Made by a program: the position numbers and the translations under genes
DNA from: an uncultured Pseudobdellovibrionaceae bacterium
Lineage (GTDB): Bacteria; Bdellovibrionota; FAC87; UBA2466
Assembly: GCA_964653655.1 (NCBI GenBank)
Contig: CAZZHG010000010.1
Location: 5,885-69,884, forward strand
DNA: 64,000 nt
Direction of reading: 5' to 3'
The notes under the pieces: generated by a model
Databases searched by the model: none
What the model saw: the letters and a program-made list of their open reading frames with translations, nothing else
What the model was told of the DNA's origin: nothing
Shown here: one piece after another, positions 1 through 7,584 of the stretch
Numbering within the stretch: position 1 is the stretch's first letter
Layout: each line of letters begins with the position of its first letter

Positions 1-439
1 TGACGTCGGCGAGCTGAAATTTGAACCCCTCGAATCGGCTATCCAAAATTTCGAGCGCCGGATAAGCATCGACGCATTCCGGAAGCTCTCGGTACGAGCC
101 CGGCATACGCTTCATGACGAAGGCCACCTCCGGCTCGAAGCGGGGATGAATCCTTCCTTGAGTCGTAACCGAAGCTCCGGGTTCCACTTCCATGGACGCG
201 AGCAGATAGCCGCGGATGGGCTCGAACACGTTCACGTCCCGTTGTTTCGCGAGACTCGTGAGCCCCATTTTGTAGCCCGAAAGCTCGTCGCCCGCCGCAA
301 GGTCCAAGCCGAGCATGGCCTCCTGAACGCGGTAAGCGGACTCCCAGGAAAACTCCGGCATCTCGCTCGTGAGGGGCGTGGTCGCCTTTCCCTCGAGTCT
401 GGCCTTTCTCAGTCTCTGGGCGATCTCGTTAGGACTCAT
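1..439 (-). CDS. 2-keto-4-pentenoate hydratase / 4-oxalocrotonate decarboxylase family protein (MhpD/XylI/AmnE-like), N-terminal part only; C-terminus lies beyond the window start
   Basis: Manual minus-strand translation from ATG at 437-439: MSPNEIAQRLRKARLEGKATTPLTSEMPEFSWESAYRVQEAMLGLDLAAGDELSGYKMGLTSLAKQRD... It is a paralog of the adjacent hydratase (same AY.VQ / KxG.TS N-terminal pattern). Absent from the ORF track only because it runs off the edge. Its start overlaps the upstream gene's stop (429-431) by 11 nt. Confidence 0.6.
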   Translation of the reverse strand, partial: MSPNEIAQRLRKARLEGKATTPLTSEMPEFSWESAYRVQEAMLGLDLAAGDELSGYKMGLTSLAKQRDVNVFEPIRGYLLASMEVEPGASVTTQGRIHPRFEPEVAFVMKRMPGSYRELPECVDAYPALEILDSRFEGFKFQLADV

Positions 440-1235
440 GGCGCCTCCTCTCCCCGACCGCCCTCAAAGTCACGCGGCCGAGCTTCGCCATTTCACAGGT
501 GTAAAACTCGCCGGCCTTCATCGTAATCATCGAGGAGATGGCCCCCGACAGAACGACTTGCCCGGGGAGTAAACCTCTATCGAATTTCGCAAGCTCGTTG
601 GCGAGAAACGCGACCGCGTTCAAGGGATTTCCCATGACCGCCGCTCCGGCGCCGGTGCTCTGCACCTCGCCGTCCTTGGAGATGGCCATGCCGAGCAGTG
701 GAAGATTCAGATCTCTCAAGGACACCCGGCGGGCGCTCATCACGAAGCGCGACGAGGACCCGTTGTCGGCGATCGTGTCGATTGCCTTGATCTTCCAGCC
801 GGCAATCCGGCTATCGACGATTTCCATGCAAACCATGGCGGAGTCCACGGCGGCGAGCGCCTCGAAAGCCGTGACTCCCGGGCCTTTCAACTCTTTTCCC
901 ATTACGAAGGCGATCTCGCCTTCGATTTTCGGCTGAATGAGCTCGGACAGAACGCACTCGCCATCTTCCGGCAAGCACATGTTCTCGAAGAGGTGACCGA
1001 AGTCCGGCTCGAACACGCCAAAGTGCTTCTGCGCTTCCCGGCTCGTCAGCCCGATCTTGTAGCCGACCAGTCTCGCCCCGTGGTGCAGCTGGCGAGCGGC
1101 GTTTCGAAGTTGGATGCCGTAGGCATCCTCCATCGTGAGGCCCTTTTCGGTCGTGGTAAGCGCCTCAATAGGGGTCCGCTTCTCTTCCGCCCAATGCAGC
1201 CGATCGGCGAGACTCTGCAATCGCGGGTCGCTCAT
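429..1235 (-). CDS. 2-oxopent-4-enoate (2-keto-4-pentenoate) hydratase family protein (MhpD/XylJ/AmnF-like, FAH fold)
   Basis: ORF 429..1685 trimmed to the internal ATG at 1235 (MSDPRLQSLADRLHWAEEKRTPIEALTT...; 268 aa). This start makes an ATGA overlap with the stop of the upstream aldehyde dehydrogenase. The upstream 150 aa of the ORF are Arg/Gly-rich read-through, not protein-like. Confidence 0.7.
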   Translation of the reverse strand: MSDPRLQSLADRLHWAEEKRTPIEALTTTEKGLTMEDAYGIQLRNAARQLHHGARLVGYKIGLTSREAQKHFGVFEPDFGHLFENMCLPEDGECVLSELIQPKIEGEIAFVMGKELKGPGVTAFEALAAVDSAMVCMEIVDSRIAGWKIKAIDTIADNGSSSRFVMSARRVSLRDLNLPLLGMAISKDGEVQSTGAGAAVMGNPLNAVAFLANELAKFDRGLLPGQVVLSGAISSMITMKAGEFYTCEMAKLGRVTLRAVGERRRHES

Positions 1236-2758
1236 TTGGCCGCTCCTCCGTAACAGACGCTCTTCCACTCGCTGTAAAAATCGAGAGAATGGCTGCCGCC
1301 TTCCCTTCCGAGGCCGCTGCGCTTTTGCCCGCCGAACGGAACCCGCAGATCCCGCACGAACCAGCAGTTCACCCAGACGAGGCCGTGTTGAAACTCCCGC
1401 GCGACCCGCTCCGCCCGTTTCAGATCCGAGGTCCAGAGAGAAGCCGACAAACCATACGGGGTGTCGTTCACCGCGCGAATCACGGATGCGTCGTCCTTGA
1501 AAGAATAGACGGAGACGACGGGCCCGAAGACTTCCTCGCGGCTGATCGGATGGGTCAAATCGAGCCCCGCAATGACCGTGGGCTCCAGGTAGTGGCCCTT
1601 CTCGAAGCCCGCCGGACGCCCGCCTCCGGTGAGAAACTTGGCGGGCGCTTTCACCTTGGAGAGATAGCCCGTCACTTTTTCCCAATGCTCACGGCTGATG
1701 AGCGCGCCCATTTGCGTCGAATAACTGAGAGGATCACCGACGGCGATTTTCTTCGCCCCTTCGGTGAACTTGCGGACGAACTCTTCATAGCGCGACTCGT
1801 GGACGAACACTCTCGGAGTCGCGAGGCAAATTTCGCCCTGATTGCGGAAACCTCCGCGCAGGGTTTCCGTTACCGCCCGATCGAGATCCGCGTCCTCGAA
1901 TACGACGCTGGCACCTTTTCCGCCGAGCTCGAAGGAAACCCGCGTCGGCCCGATGGAGGCGGCCTTCATGATGGCCCGCCCCGTTCCCGTTTCGCCCGTA
2001 AAGGAAATCGCGTCGACTCCCGGGTGCTTCGTGAGATACGCCCCGGCGCTATCCTCGCCAAAGCCATGCACGAGATTGAACACTCCATCCGGTACTCCGG
2101 CCTCGTGGATGAGCTCCGCGAGATAGGAGGCGGTAAGCGGGGTTAGCTCGGAGGGCTTCAGCACTACGGAGTTGCCCATCAATAGCGCGGGCGCGAGCTT
2201 CCAGCTTTCCAGATAGAGAGGAAGATTCCACGGAGTGACGAGACCGATGACGCCCATCGGCTCGCGCGTCGCCACGTGTCTGTCGCCGTGGCTCTCGTAA
2301 ACCTGCGGTTTTTCGGCGAGCGCGAAATCACAGAAGAAACGAAAATTGCGAGCGGCCCGCGGAATGTCGCCCTCGAAGGACTCGCGAATGGGCTTTCCGG
2401 TATCGAGGGTTTCGAGAACGGAGAGCGCCGGGCAATGCAGATCGATCAAATCGGCGAGACGCCCTAAAACTTCAGCCCGTTTTTCGAGCGGAAGGCGCGA
2501 CCACTTCCCCCCCTCGAAGCTGGTCCTTGCCGCGAGCACGGCCGCCTGTACTTCCTGCTCCCCGGCGAGGGCCACTTGCGAAAGCGTCTCTTCGGTCGCC
2601 GGGTTCACGTCGTCGAAAGTGGATCCGGAGGCCGCGGCTTTGCCGCCGATCCAAAGGGGCTTCACCTTGTCGAGCCAGGCCGCAAGCGATTCCGGAACGC
2701 GCACGGGCTTGCCCGAGGGAATTTCCCGGCCGAGCGCTTCGAGCTCGGCGCGGTTCAT
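1232..2758 (-). CDS. NAD(P)-dependent aldehyde dehydrogenase (2-hydroxymuconic/2-aminomuconic semialdehyde dehydrogenase-like)
   Basis: 508-aa ORF with ALDH hallmarks: VTPWNLPL, FELGGKG (catalytic Glu region), NQGEICLA (catalytic Cys). ATGA overlap with ridA-like stop at 2755-2758. Confidence 0.85.
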   Translation of the reverse strand: MNRAELEALGREIPSGKPVRVPESLAAWLDKVKPLWIGGKAAASGSTFDDVNPATEETLSQVALAGEQEVQAAVLAARTSFEGGKWSRLPLEKRAEVLGRLADLIDLHCPALSVLETLDTGKPIRESFEGDIPRAARNFRFFCDFALAEKPQVYESHGDRHVATREPMGVIGLVTPWNLPLYLESWKLAPALLMGNSVVLKPSELTPLTASYLAELIHEAGVPDGVFNLVHGFGEDSAGAYLTKHPGVDAISFTGETGTGRAIMKAASIGPTRVSFELGGKGASVVFEDADLDRAVTETLRGGFRNQGEICLATPRVFVHESRYEEFVRKFTEGAKKIAVGDPLSYSTQMGALISREHWEKVTGYLSKVKAPAKFLTGGGRPAGFEKGHYLEPTVIAGLDLTHPISREEVFGPVVSVYSFKDDASVIRAVNDTPYGLSASLWTSDLKRAERVAREFQHGLVWVNCWFVRDLRVPFGGQKRSGLGREGGSHSLDFYSEWKSVCYGGAAK

Positions 2759-3177
2759 CGTTTCACCGCCACGGCTTTCATCTCGATCGCAATCTTACCC
2801 GGAAGTGAAGCCACTCCCAAAGTGGTCCGCGCCGGACGGTGAGTCGGAAAGTACTCGGCGAAGACCTTGTTGTAGGCCTGGAAGTCCTTCATGTCCGTAA
2901 GGAACACGTTCACTTCCAAAACATGCTCGAGGTCGCTTCCCGATCCTTCAAGGACGGTCTTCAAGTTTTCGAGGGTCGCACGGGTCTCGGCCGCGATGTC
3001 GTAGCCGATCTTGTTGCCCTGGGCGTCGAGCTTCAGACCCGGAACTTGATCGGTCTTGAAGTCGCGCGAAGCCATGCCGGAGACGAACACCATCTCCCCG
3101 TAGGCCACGGCGTGCGAATAGTTACCGAGCGGTTTCGGTGCGGCGGGAATCTCGCAGCGTTCGATTTTCTTCGACAC
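2755..3177 (-). CDS. RidA/YjgF/TdcF family enamine-imine deaminase (possible 2-aminomuconate deaminase AmnD/NbaF-like)
   Basis: 140-aa ORF (KPLGNYSHAV..., typical RidA N-terminus). GTG start at 3177 lies 3 nt after the guaA stop, with a GGGAG RBS embedded in the last guaA codons. Confidence 0.75.
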   Translation of the reverse strand: MSKKIERCEIPAAPKPLGNYSHAVAYGEMVFVSGMASRDFKTDQVPGLKLDAQGNKIGYDIAAETRATLENLKTVLEGSGSDLEHVLEVNVFLTDMKDFQAYNKVFAEYFPTHRPARTTLGVASLPGKIAIEMKAVAVKR

Positions 3178-3180
3178 GGC

Positions 3181-4722
3181 TCACTCCCATTCGATGGTGG
3201 CGGGCGGTTTGGACGAGATATCGTAAACCACCCGGTTGATCCCCGGCACCTTGTTGATGATGCGATTGGCGACCCGGCCCAGCAAATCCTTGTCGAAATG
3301 ATACCAATCCGCCGTCATGCCGTCCCGGCTGGTCACCGCGCGCAAAGCCACGACCGATTCATAAGTCCGGGCGTCGCCCATGACTCCGACGGCCTTCACG
3401 GGCAGCAGCACCACGAAGGCCTGCCAGATTTTTTCGTACTCGCCGGTGGTGCGAAGCTCGTCGATGAAAATATTGTCCGCTTCCCGAAGTAGATCGAGTC
3501 GCTCCGGCGTCACCGCGCCGAGAATGCGCACCGCAAGGCCCGGTCCGGGGAACGGATGGCGCTGCACCAGGGCCTCGGGAACCCCGAGCTCCCGGCCGAG
3601 CGCCCGAACTTCGTCCTTGAAGAGCTCGCGGAACGGTTCCACGAGTTTCAGCTTCATGTTTTTCGGCAACCCACCCACGTTGTGATGGGTCTTGATGGTA
3701 TGGCTCGGTCCCTTGACCGAAACGCTTTCGATGACGTCGGGATAAAGCGTGCCCTGGGCGAGGAACTTCGCCTTTTTCACGCCTTTGCATTCCTTCTGGA
3801 ACACTTCGATGAAAGTCTTGCCGATGATTTTGCGTTTACGCTCCGGATCGGAGACGCCCTTCAACCGGCCGAGGAAAAGCTTGCTCGCGTCGACTACCTT
3901 CAATGGGACGCCGATACCCTTCAGGAACGCGGCGACTTCCTTCGCTTCGTTTTTGCGCAGTACGCCGTTGTCGACGAGGATCGGCCGGAACCGGTTTCCC
4001 AGAATCTTGCCCAGAAAGACCGCTAGAATCGTGGAGTCCACGCCGCCGCTGATGCCGCCGATTACGACATCGCCTCCGACGGCTTCGAGAATCTCCTTTT
4101 TCTTCTGTTCGAGGAAATTGGCCATCTTCCAGTCGTTGGAAAGGCCCGCGATGCGGAAAAGAAAGTTGCCCAGAACCGCCATGCCGATGGGCGTATGCGC
4201 CACTTCCGGATGGAACTGCACGGCGTGGAACTTTCCAAACTCCATGGCCGCGATGGGACATCCCGTGCTTTTCGCCGTGACGGTGGCGCCATCGGGAATC
4301 GATTCCACGTGATCGCCGTGGCTCATCCACACCGGCAGGTGCTCGCCGACTTTGAAGCCGCGAAAGAGCCCGTCGTTCTTCAAAACCTCAATCTGACTGA
4401 ACCCGTACTCGCGCCCGCCGCCGCTTTTGATCTTCCCGCCCTTGTGGACGTGGGAAAGAAGCTGCATGCCGTAGCAGATGCCGAGCACCGGAAGCTCGCC
4501 CTGCAAAATCGTCTTCACGAGCATCGGCGACGTTTTTCCTCCGACGCTGGAAGGACTACCGGAGAGAATCAGCGCTTTGGGTTGTCTCGCCGCCAGTTTT
4601 TCAGGCGAAATCGAGTACGGCTCTATCTCGCAGTAAACGCCGAGAGACCGAACCGCGCGCGCGATGAGTTGAGTGAATTGGGATCCGAAGTCTAGGATGA
4701 CGACCGGACAAGGGCTGCTCAT
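3181..4722 (-). CDS. guaA: GMP synthase (glutamine-hydrolysing)
   Basis: 513 aa. N-terminal class I glutamine amidotransferase domain (VVILDFGSQFTQLIAR..., GICYGMQLL, HPE) followed by the ATP-pyrophosphatase domain (GGVDSTI) and a C-terminus ending ...IEWE. Confidence 0.95.
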   Translation of the reverse strand: MSSPCPVVILDFGSQFTQLIARAVRSLGVYCEIEPYSISPEKLAARQPKALILSGSPSSVGGKTSPMLVKTILQGELPVLGICYGMQLLSHVHKGGKIKSGGGREYGFSQIEVLKNDGLFRGFKVGEHLPVWMSHGDHVESIPDGATVTAKSTGCPIAAMEFGKFHAVQFHPEVAHTPIGMAVLGNFLFRIAGLSNDWKMANFLEQKKKEILEAVGGDVVIGGISGGVDSTILAVFLGKILGNRFRPILVDNGVLRKNEAKEVAAFLKGIGVPLKVVDASKLFLGRLKGVSDPERKRKIIGKTFIEVFQKECKGVKKAKFLAQGTLYPDVIESVSVKGPSHTIKTHHNVGGLPKNMKLKLVEPFRELFKDEVRALGRELGVPEALVQRHPFPGPGLAVRILGAVTPERLDLLREADNIFIDELRTTGEYEKIWQAFVVLLPVKAVGVMGDARTYESVVALRAVTSRDGMTADWYHFDKDLLGRVANRIINKVPGINRVVYDISSKPPATIEWE

Positions 4723-6191
4723 ACGTTGGGTCGATAGTTCGGAGCCTCTTTGGTCACGAATACGTCGTGAACGTGGGACTCCTTCAAGCCTTGGTTCGTG
4801 ATCCGCACGAATTGTGCGTTATCCCGAAGCTCCTTCAGATTGCGGCAGCCGAGATAACCGAGGCCGGCCTTCACGCCGCCCACGAGCTGGAGGAGAACCT
4901 GGGAGAGTTTTCCCTGGTAAGGCACCATGCCTTCGATTCCTTCCGGAACGAGGGCACTTGCATCGACACTATCCTGACCGTACCGATCGCGGCTTCCCTC
5001 GCGCATGGCTTCGATGGAACCCATGCCTCGGTAGCTTTTGTAGGTACGGCCTTGATAGAAAACCATTTCCCCCGGCGACTCGTCGGTGCCCGCGAAGAGG
5101 CCCCCGATCATGACGCTGTTTGCGCCGGCGGCGAGCGCCTTCACGATATCGCCGGAGAACTTGATGCCTCCGTCGGCGATGAGCATGCGGTTGAACTTAC
5201 GCGCGACGGGCGCGCAGTCCATGATGGCGGAAAATTGGGGAATGCCGATACCGGCAACGACTCGTGTGGTGCAGATGGAGCCGGCGCCCATGCCGACCTT
5301 AATCGCGTCCGCGCCGGCCTCGAAGAGGTGGGTCGCGCCTTCGGCGGTCGCGACGTTGCCCGCGATGACCGTGAGCTCGGGGAATTTCTGCTTGATCCAT
5401 TTCACGACGGTGATCACGTTCTTGGAATCGCCGTGGGCCGTATCCACCGTGATGAAATCCACGTCGGTGTCGACGAGAGCTTCCACGCGAGTGTAGGTGT
5501 CCTTGCCGGTGCCGCAAGCGGCGCCGACCCGCAACCGGCCCTTGGAGTCACGGTTCGCGTTCGGATACGAAATATTTTTCTCGATGTCCTTCGTGGTCAT
5601 GAGGCCCTTCAGCGAGCCCTGGGCATCGACCACCGGAAGCTTTTCGATCCGGTGCTTGTGCATGAGGCGTTTCGCCTCTTCCATCGTCGTATTTTCTTTG
5701 ACGGTTACGAGCTTCGGGCCGGGAGTCATGATCTCCGACATCGCCCGATCCAAGTTTTCTTCAAAGCGCAAATCCCGGTTCGTCACGAGACCGATAAGCT
5801 TGTTTTGGGCATCCAGAATGGGAAGACCGGAAATCCCGAACTTCTCGAGCTGGGCCTTCGCCTCGCGCACGGTCTGGTCCGGGCGCATGGTGACCGGATC
5901 GACGATCATCCCGCTCTCGCTTTTCTTCACCTTCTCGACCTGAAGGGCCTGATTCTCGGGAGTGAGGTTGCGGTGGATGACGCCGGCACCGCCCGCGCGA
6001 GCCAGCGCAATGGCGGTATTCGCCTCGGTAACCTTATCCATGGCCGACGACAGGATCGGAATCTTCATTCCGATGTTGGGTGCGATGAAACTTTCGAGAT
6101 TCACCTCGGGAGGCGTGATCTCGGAGTACCGCGGAACCAGGAGTATGTCGTCGAAGGTAAGAGTTTCTCGGAGTGGGGTCTTATCTGGCAT
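4719..6191 (-). CDS. guaB: IMP dehydrogenase
   Basis: ORF 4719..6275 trimmed to ATG at 6191 ([20 protein letters not shown]..., canonical IMPDH N-terminus). CBS pair and catalytic loop GSICTT present. 4-nt overlap with the guaA start. Confidence 0.9.
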   Translation of the reverse strand: MPDKTPLRETLTFDDILLVPRYSEITPPEVNLESFIAPNIGMKIPILSSAMDKVTEANTAIALARAGGAGVIHRNLTPENQALQVEKVKKSESGMIVDPVTMRPDQTVREAKAQLEKFGISGLPILDAQNKLIGLVTNRDLRFEENLDRAMSEIMTPGPKLVTVKENTTMEEAKRLMHKHRIEKLPVVDAQGSLKGLMTTKDIEKNISYPNANRDSKGRLRVGAACGTGKDTYTRVEALVDTDVDFITVDTAHGDSKNVITVVKWIKQKFPELTVIAGNVATAEGATHLFEAGADAIKVGMGAGSICTTRVVAGIGIPQFSAIMDCAPVARKFNRMLIADGGIKFSGDIVKALAAGANSVMIGGLFAGTDESPGEMVFYQGRTYKSYRGMGSIEAMREGSRDRYGQDSVDASALVPEGIEGMVPYQGKLSQVLLQLVGGVKAGLGYLGCRNLKELRDNAQFVRITNQGLKESHVHDVFVTKEAPNYRPNV

Positions 6192-6215
6192 CAAATAGGT
6201 TCCCGAAGTTGTCGT

Positions 6216-6245
6216 CTTATACGCGAAATCTCCCCTTGGGGTCAA
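6216..6245 (-). promoter_or_regulatory. Candidate sigma-70-type promoter for guaB (TTGACC-N18-TATAAG on the minus strand)
   Basis: Minus-strand reading of 6216-6245 gives TTGACC, an 18-nt spacer and TATAAG, about 25 nt upstream of the guaB ATG. Sequence pattern only. Confidence 0.3.
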
Positions 6246-6331
6246 GATAGCCTCCCCGGGTCGTTTTTCCGACACAACCCCCTGAGATTCCGCCGATCTT
6301 TCGGATATACTCTTTCCAACCCGGAAGCCCG

Positions 6332-7123
6332 ATGCCTACCCAGGAAACCGTCCCGAACGCTCCCGACCGCCGAATCCGATCCGCCATCGCCTTGAGCGTC
6401 GTGATGCCTTGTTACAACGAGGCGGATCACATCGAGGAAACGCTGCGCGCATGGACCGATTTCCTCAAGGACGAGGTCGAAAGCTTCGAAATCCTCGTCG
6501 TCAACGACGGCTCGACCGACGGTACCGGCCGGGTGCTGGATCGAATCCGCAAGGAAACGCCCACTCTGCGTGTCATCCACCAGCTGAACGGGGGCAAGGA
6601 AGCCGCCCTCCGCCGGGGCTACGAGGCGGCACGAGGCACCTACATCTTGCAGACGGAGTCGAACGGCCGCTTCGATCCGGCCGATTTCGTACCCTTTTGG
6701 GAAAACCGCTCTCCGGACACCTTGCTGCTGGCGCGGCGGGATCTCCCCCGTGAAGGCTGGCTGTACCAGGCCCAGGGCCGTTCGGTGCGCGCTCTGGTGA
6801 AGTTGCTCTTTGGCGCCGAATGGCAGGAGCCCGAGGCTCCGTTCCGCTTGATTTCCCGCACCTGCCTTCAAAGCCACCTGTCGAGGCTCCCACGGGGCTT
6901 CGCCCAGGTGAACCTGGGCCTGACGCTGCTCGCCCACATGGACAACCCGGGCGGAATCCGGGAGCTGGCGGTACCCTACCGCTTCCGTACCGGACCGCGT
7001 CGTAGAGTCTCCCTATGGTGGCTCGCCGGCACGCTGGTCCACTTGAGCTTTGACCTCGCCCACCTTCGGCTCAGCCTGCTCCGGCCGAAGCTTGCCGCGC
7101 AGCCCGCCGCCCACGCCAACTAA
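6332..7123 (+). CDS. Family 2 glycosyltransferase (DPM1-like)
   Basis: 263 aa with VVMPCYNEADHIEE, VVNDGSTDGT and an ED motif region typical of GT-A/GT2 enzymes. Confidence 0.8.
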   Translation: MPTQETVPNAPDRRIRSAIALSVVMPCYNEADHIEETLRAWTDFLKDEVESFEILVVNDGSTDGTGRVLDRIRKETPTLRVIHQLNGGKEAALRRGYEAARGTYILQTESNGRFDPADFVPFWENRSPDTLLLARRDLPREGWLYQAQGRSVRALVKLLFGAEWQEPEAPFRLISRTCLQSHLSRLPRGFAQVNLGLTLLAHMDNPGGIRELAVPYRFRTGPRRRVSLWWLAGTLVHLSFDLAHLRLSLLRPKLAAQPAAHAN

Positions 7124-7188
7124 CCCTTAACTTCCGGATAGATTCCGCCGATATGGATTTAGACGCCTAATAGGAGTCGGAAACTTCT

Positions 7189-7584
7189 ATGCCGAAAAAG
7201 CCAAAAGCTACCCCGTCCACGAAACCGGCCAAAGCAGCGAAAGCCGCGGCGAAGCCCACAACTTCGAAGACCAAGATCTGCGCCCACAGCCGCTGCAAAA
7301 GCCCCGCGACCTCCGACGGCTACTGCCGCCTTCACTATCTTCTGCACTGGAGAGAGCTGAAATCGGATCAGAAAGACAAAGCCGAGAAGCGTCTCGACTC
7401 CTACATCGACCGCCTCATGAAGAAGTACCCGGGCGAGTACATGGACAAGATCAAGGAGTCTCTCGAGAGCGAAGAGAAGTTCAAGGAAGCCATGCAGGAA
7501 GTCGACCTGGAGGTCGAAGGCGATGGCGAATCCGATCGCGAGCTTCTCGAAAAACTCGCCCGCAACGTCAAAATTGGGGAGTAA
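7189..7584 (+). CDS. Hypothetical protein: Lys/Ala/Pro-rich basic N-terminus (histone H1/HU-tail-like), Cys4/His zinc-ribbon-like centre and acidic coiled-coil C-terminus
   Basis: 131-aa ORF starting MPKKPKATPSTKPAKAAKAAAKPTTSKTK, then CAHSRCKSPATSDGYCRLH, then an acidic region. Preceded by a GGAG-containing RBS region. No family assignment possible from sequence alone. Confidence 0.5.
   Translation: MPKKPKATPSTKPAKAAKAAAKPTTSKTKICAHSRCKSPATSDGYCRLHYLLHWRELKSDQKDKAEKRLDSYIDRLMKKYPGEYMDKIKESLESEEKFKEAMQEVDLEVEGDGESDRELLEKLARNVKIGE

Noticed and set aside
146-572. Plus-strand ORFs 146..526 and 369..572 at the window start.
   Set aside because: They lie antisense to the partial hydratase/decarboxylase-family gene (1..439) and the start of the adjacent hydratase gene. 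Arg/Ser/Pro-rich composition.
6192-6275. 28-codon N-terminal extension of guaB (MSEKRPGEAILTPRGDFAYKTTTSGTYL).
   Set aside because: The conserved IMPDH N-terminus begins at the internal Met ([20 protein letters not shown]). The extension is not conserved in IMPDH and overlaps the candidate promoter.
4767-6395. 542-aa plus-strand ORF (and similar long ORFs: 8078..9754 +, 9938..11842 -, 16552..18492 +, 19333..20949 -, 22314..23882 +, 41862..43022 -, 48990..50699 -, 56845..58536 -, 36624..37481 -).
   Set aside because: Each lies antisense to a clearly conserved gene (guaB, C25 protease, rplC, dnaK, groEL, pepA, ffh, rpsA, sigma-54 EBP, pmbA). Translations are Arg/Gly/Ala/Asp-rich low-complexity sequence typical of stop-codon-poor antisense frames in high-GC DNA.
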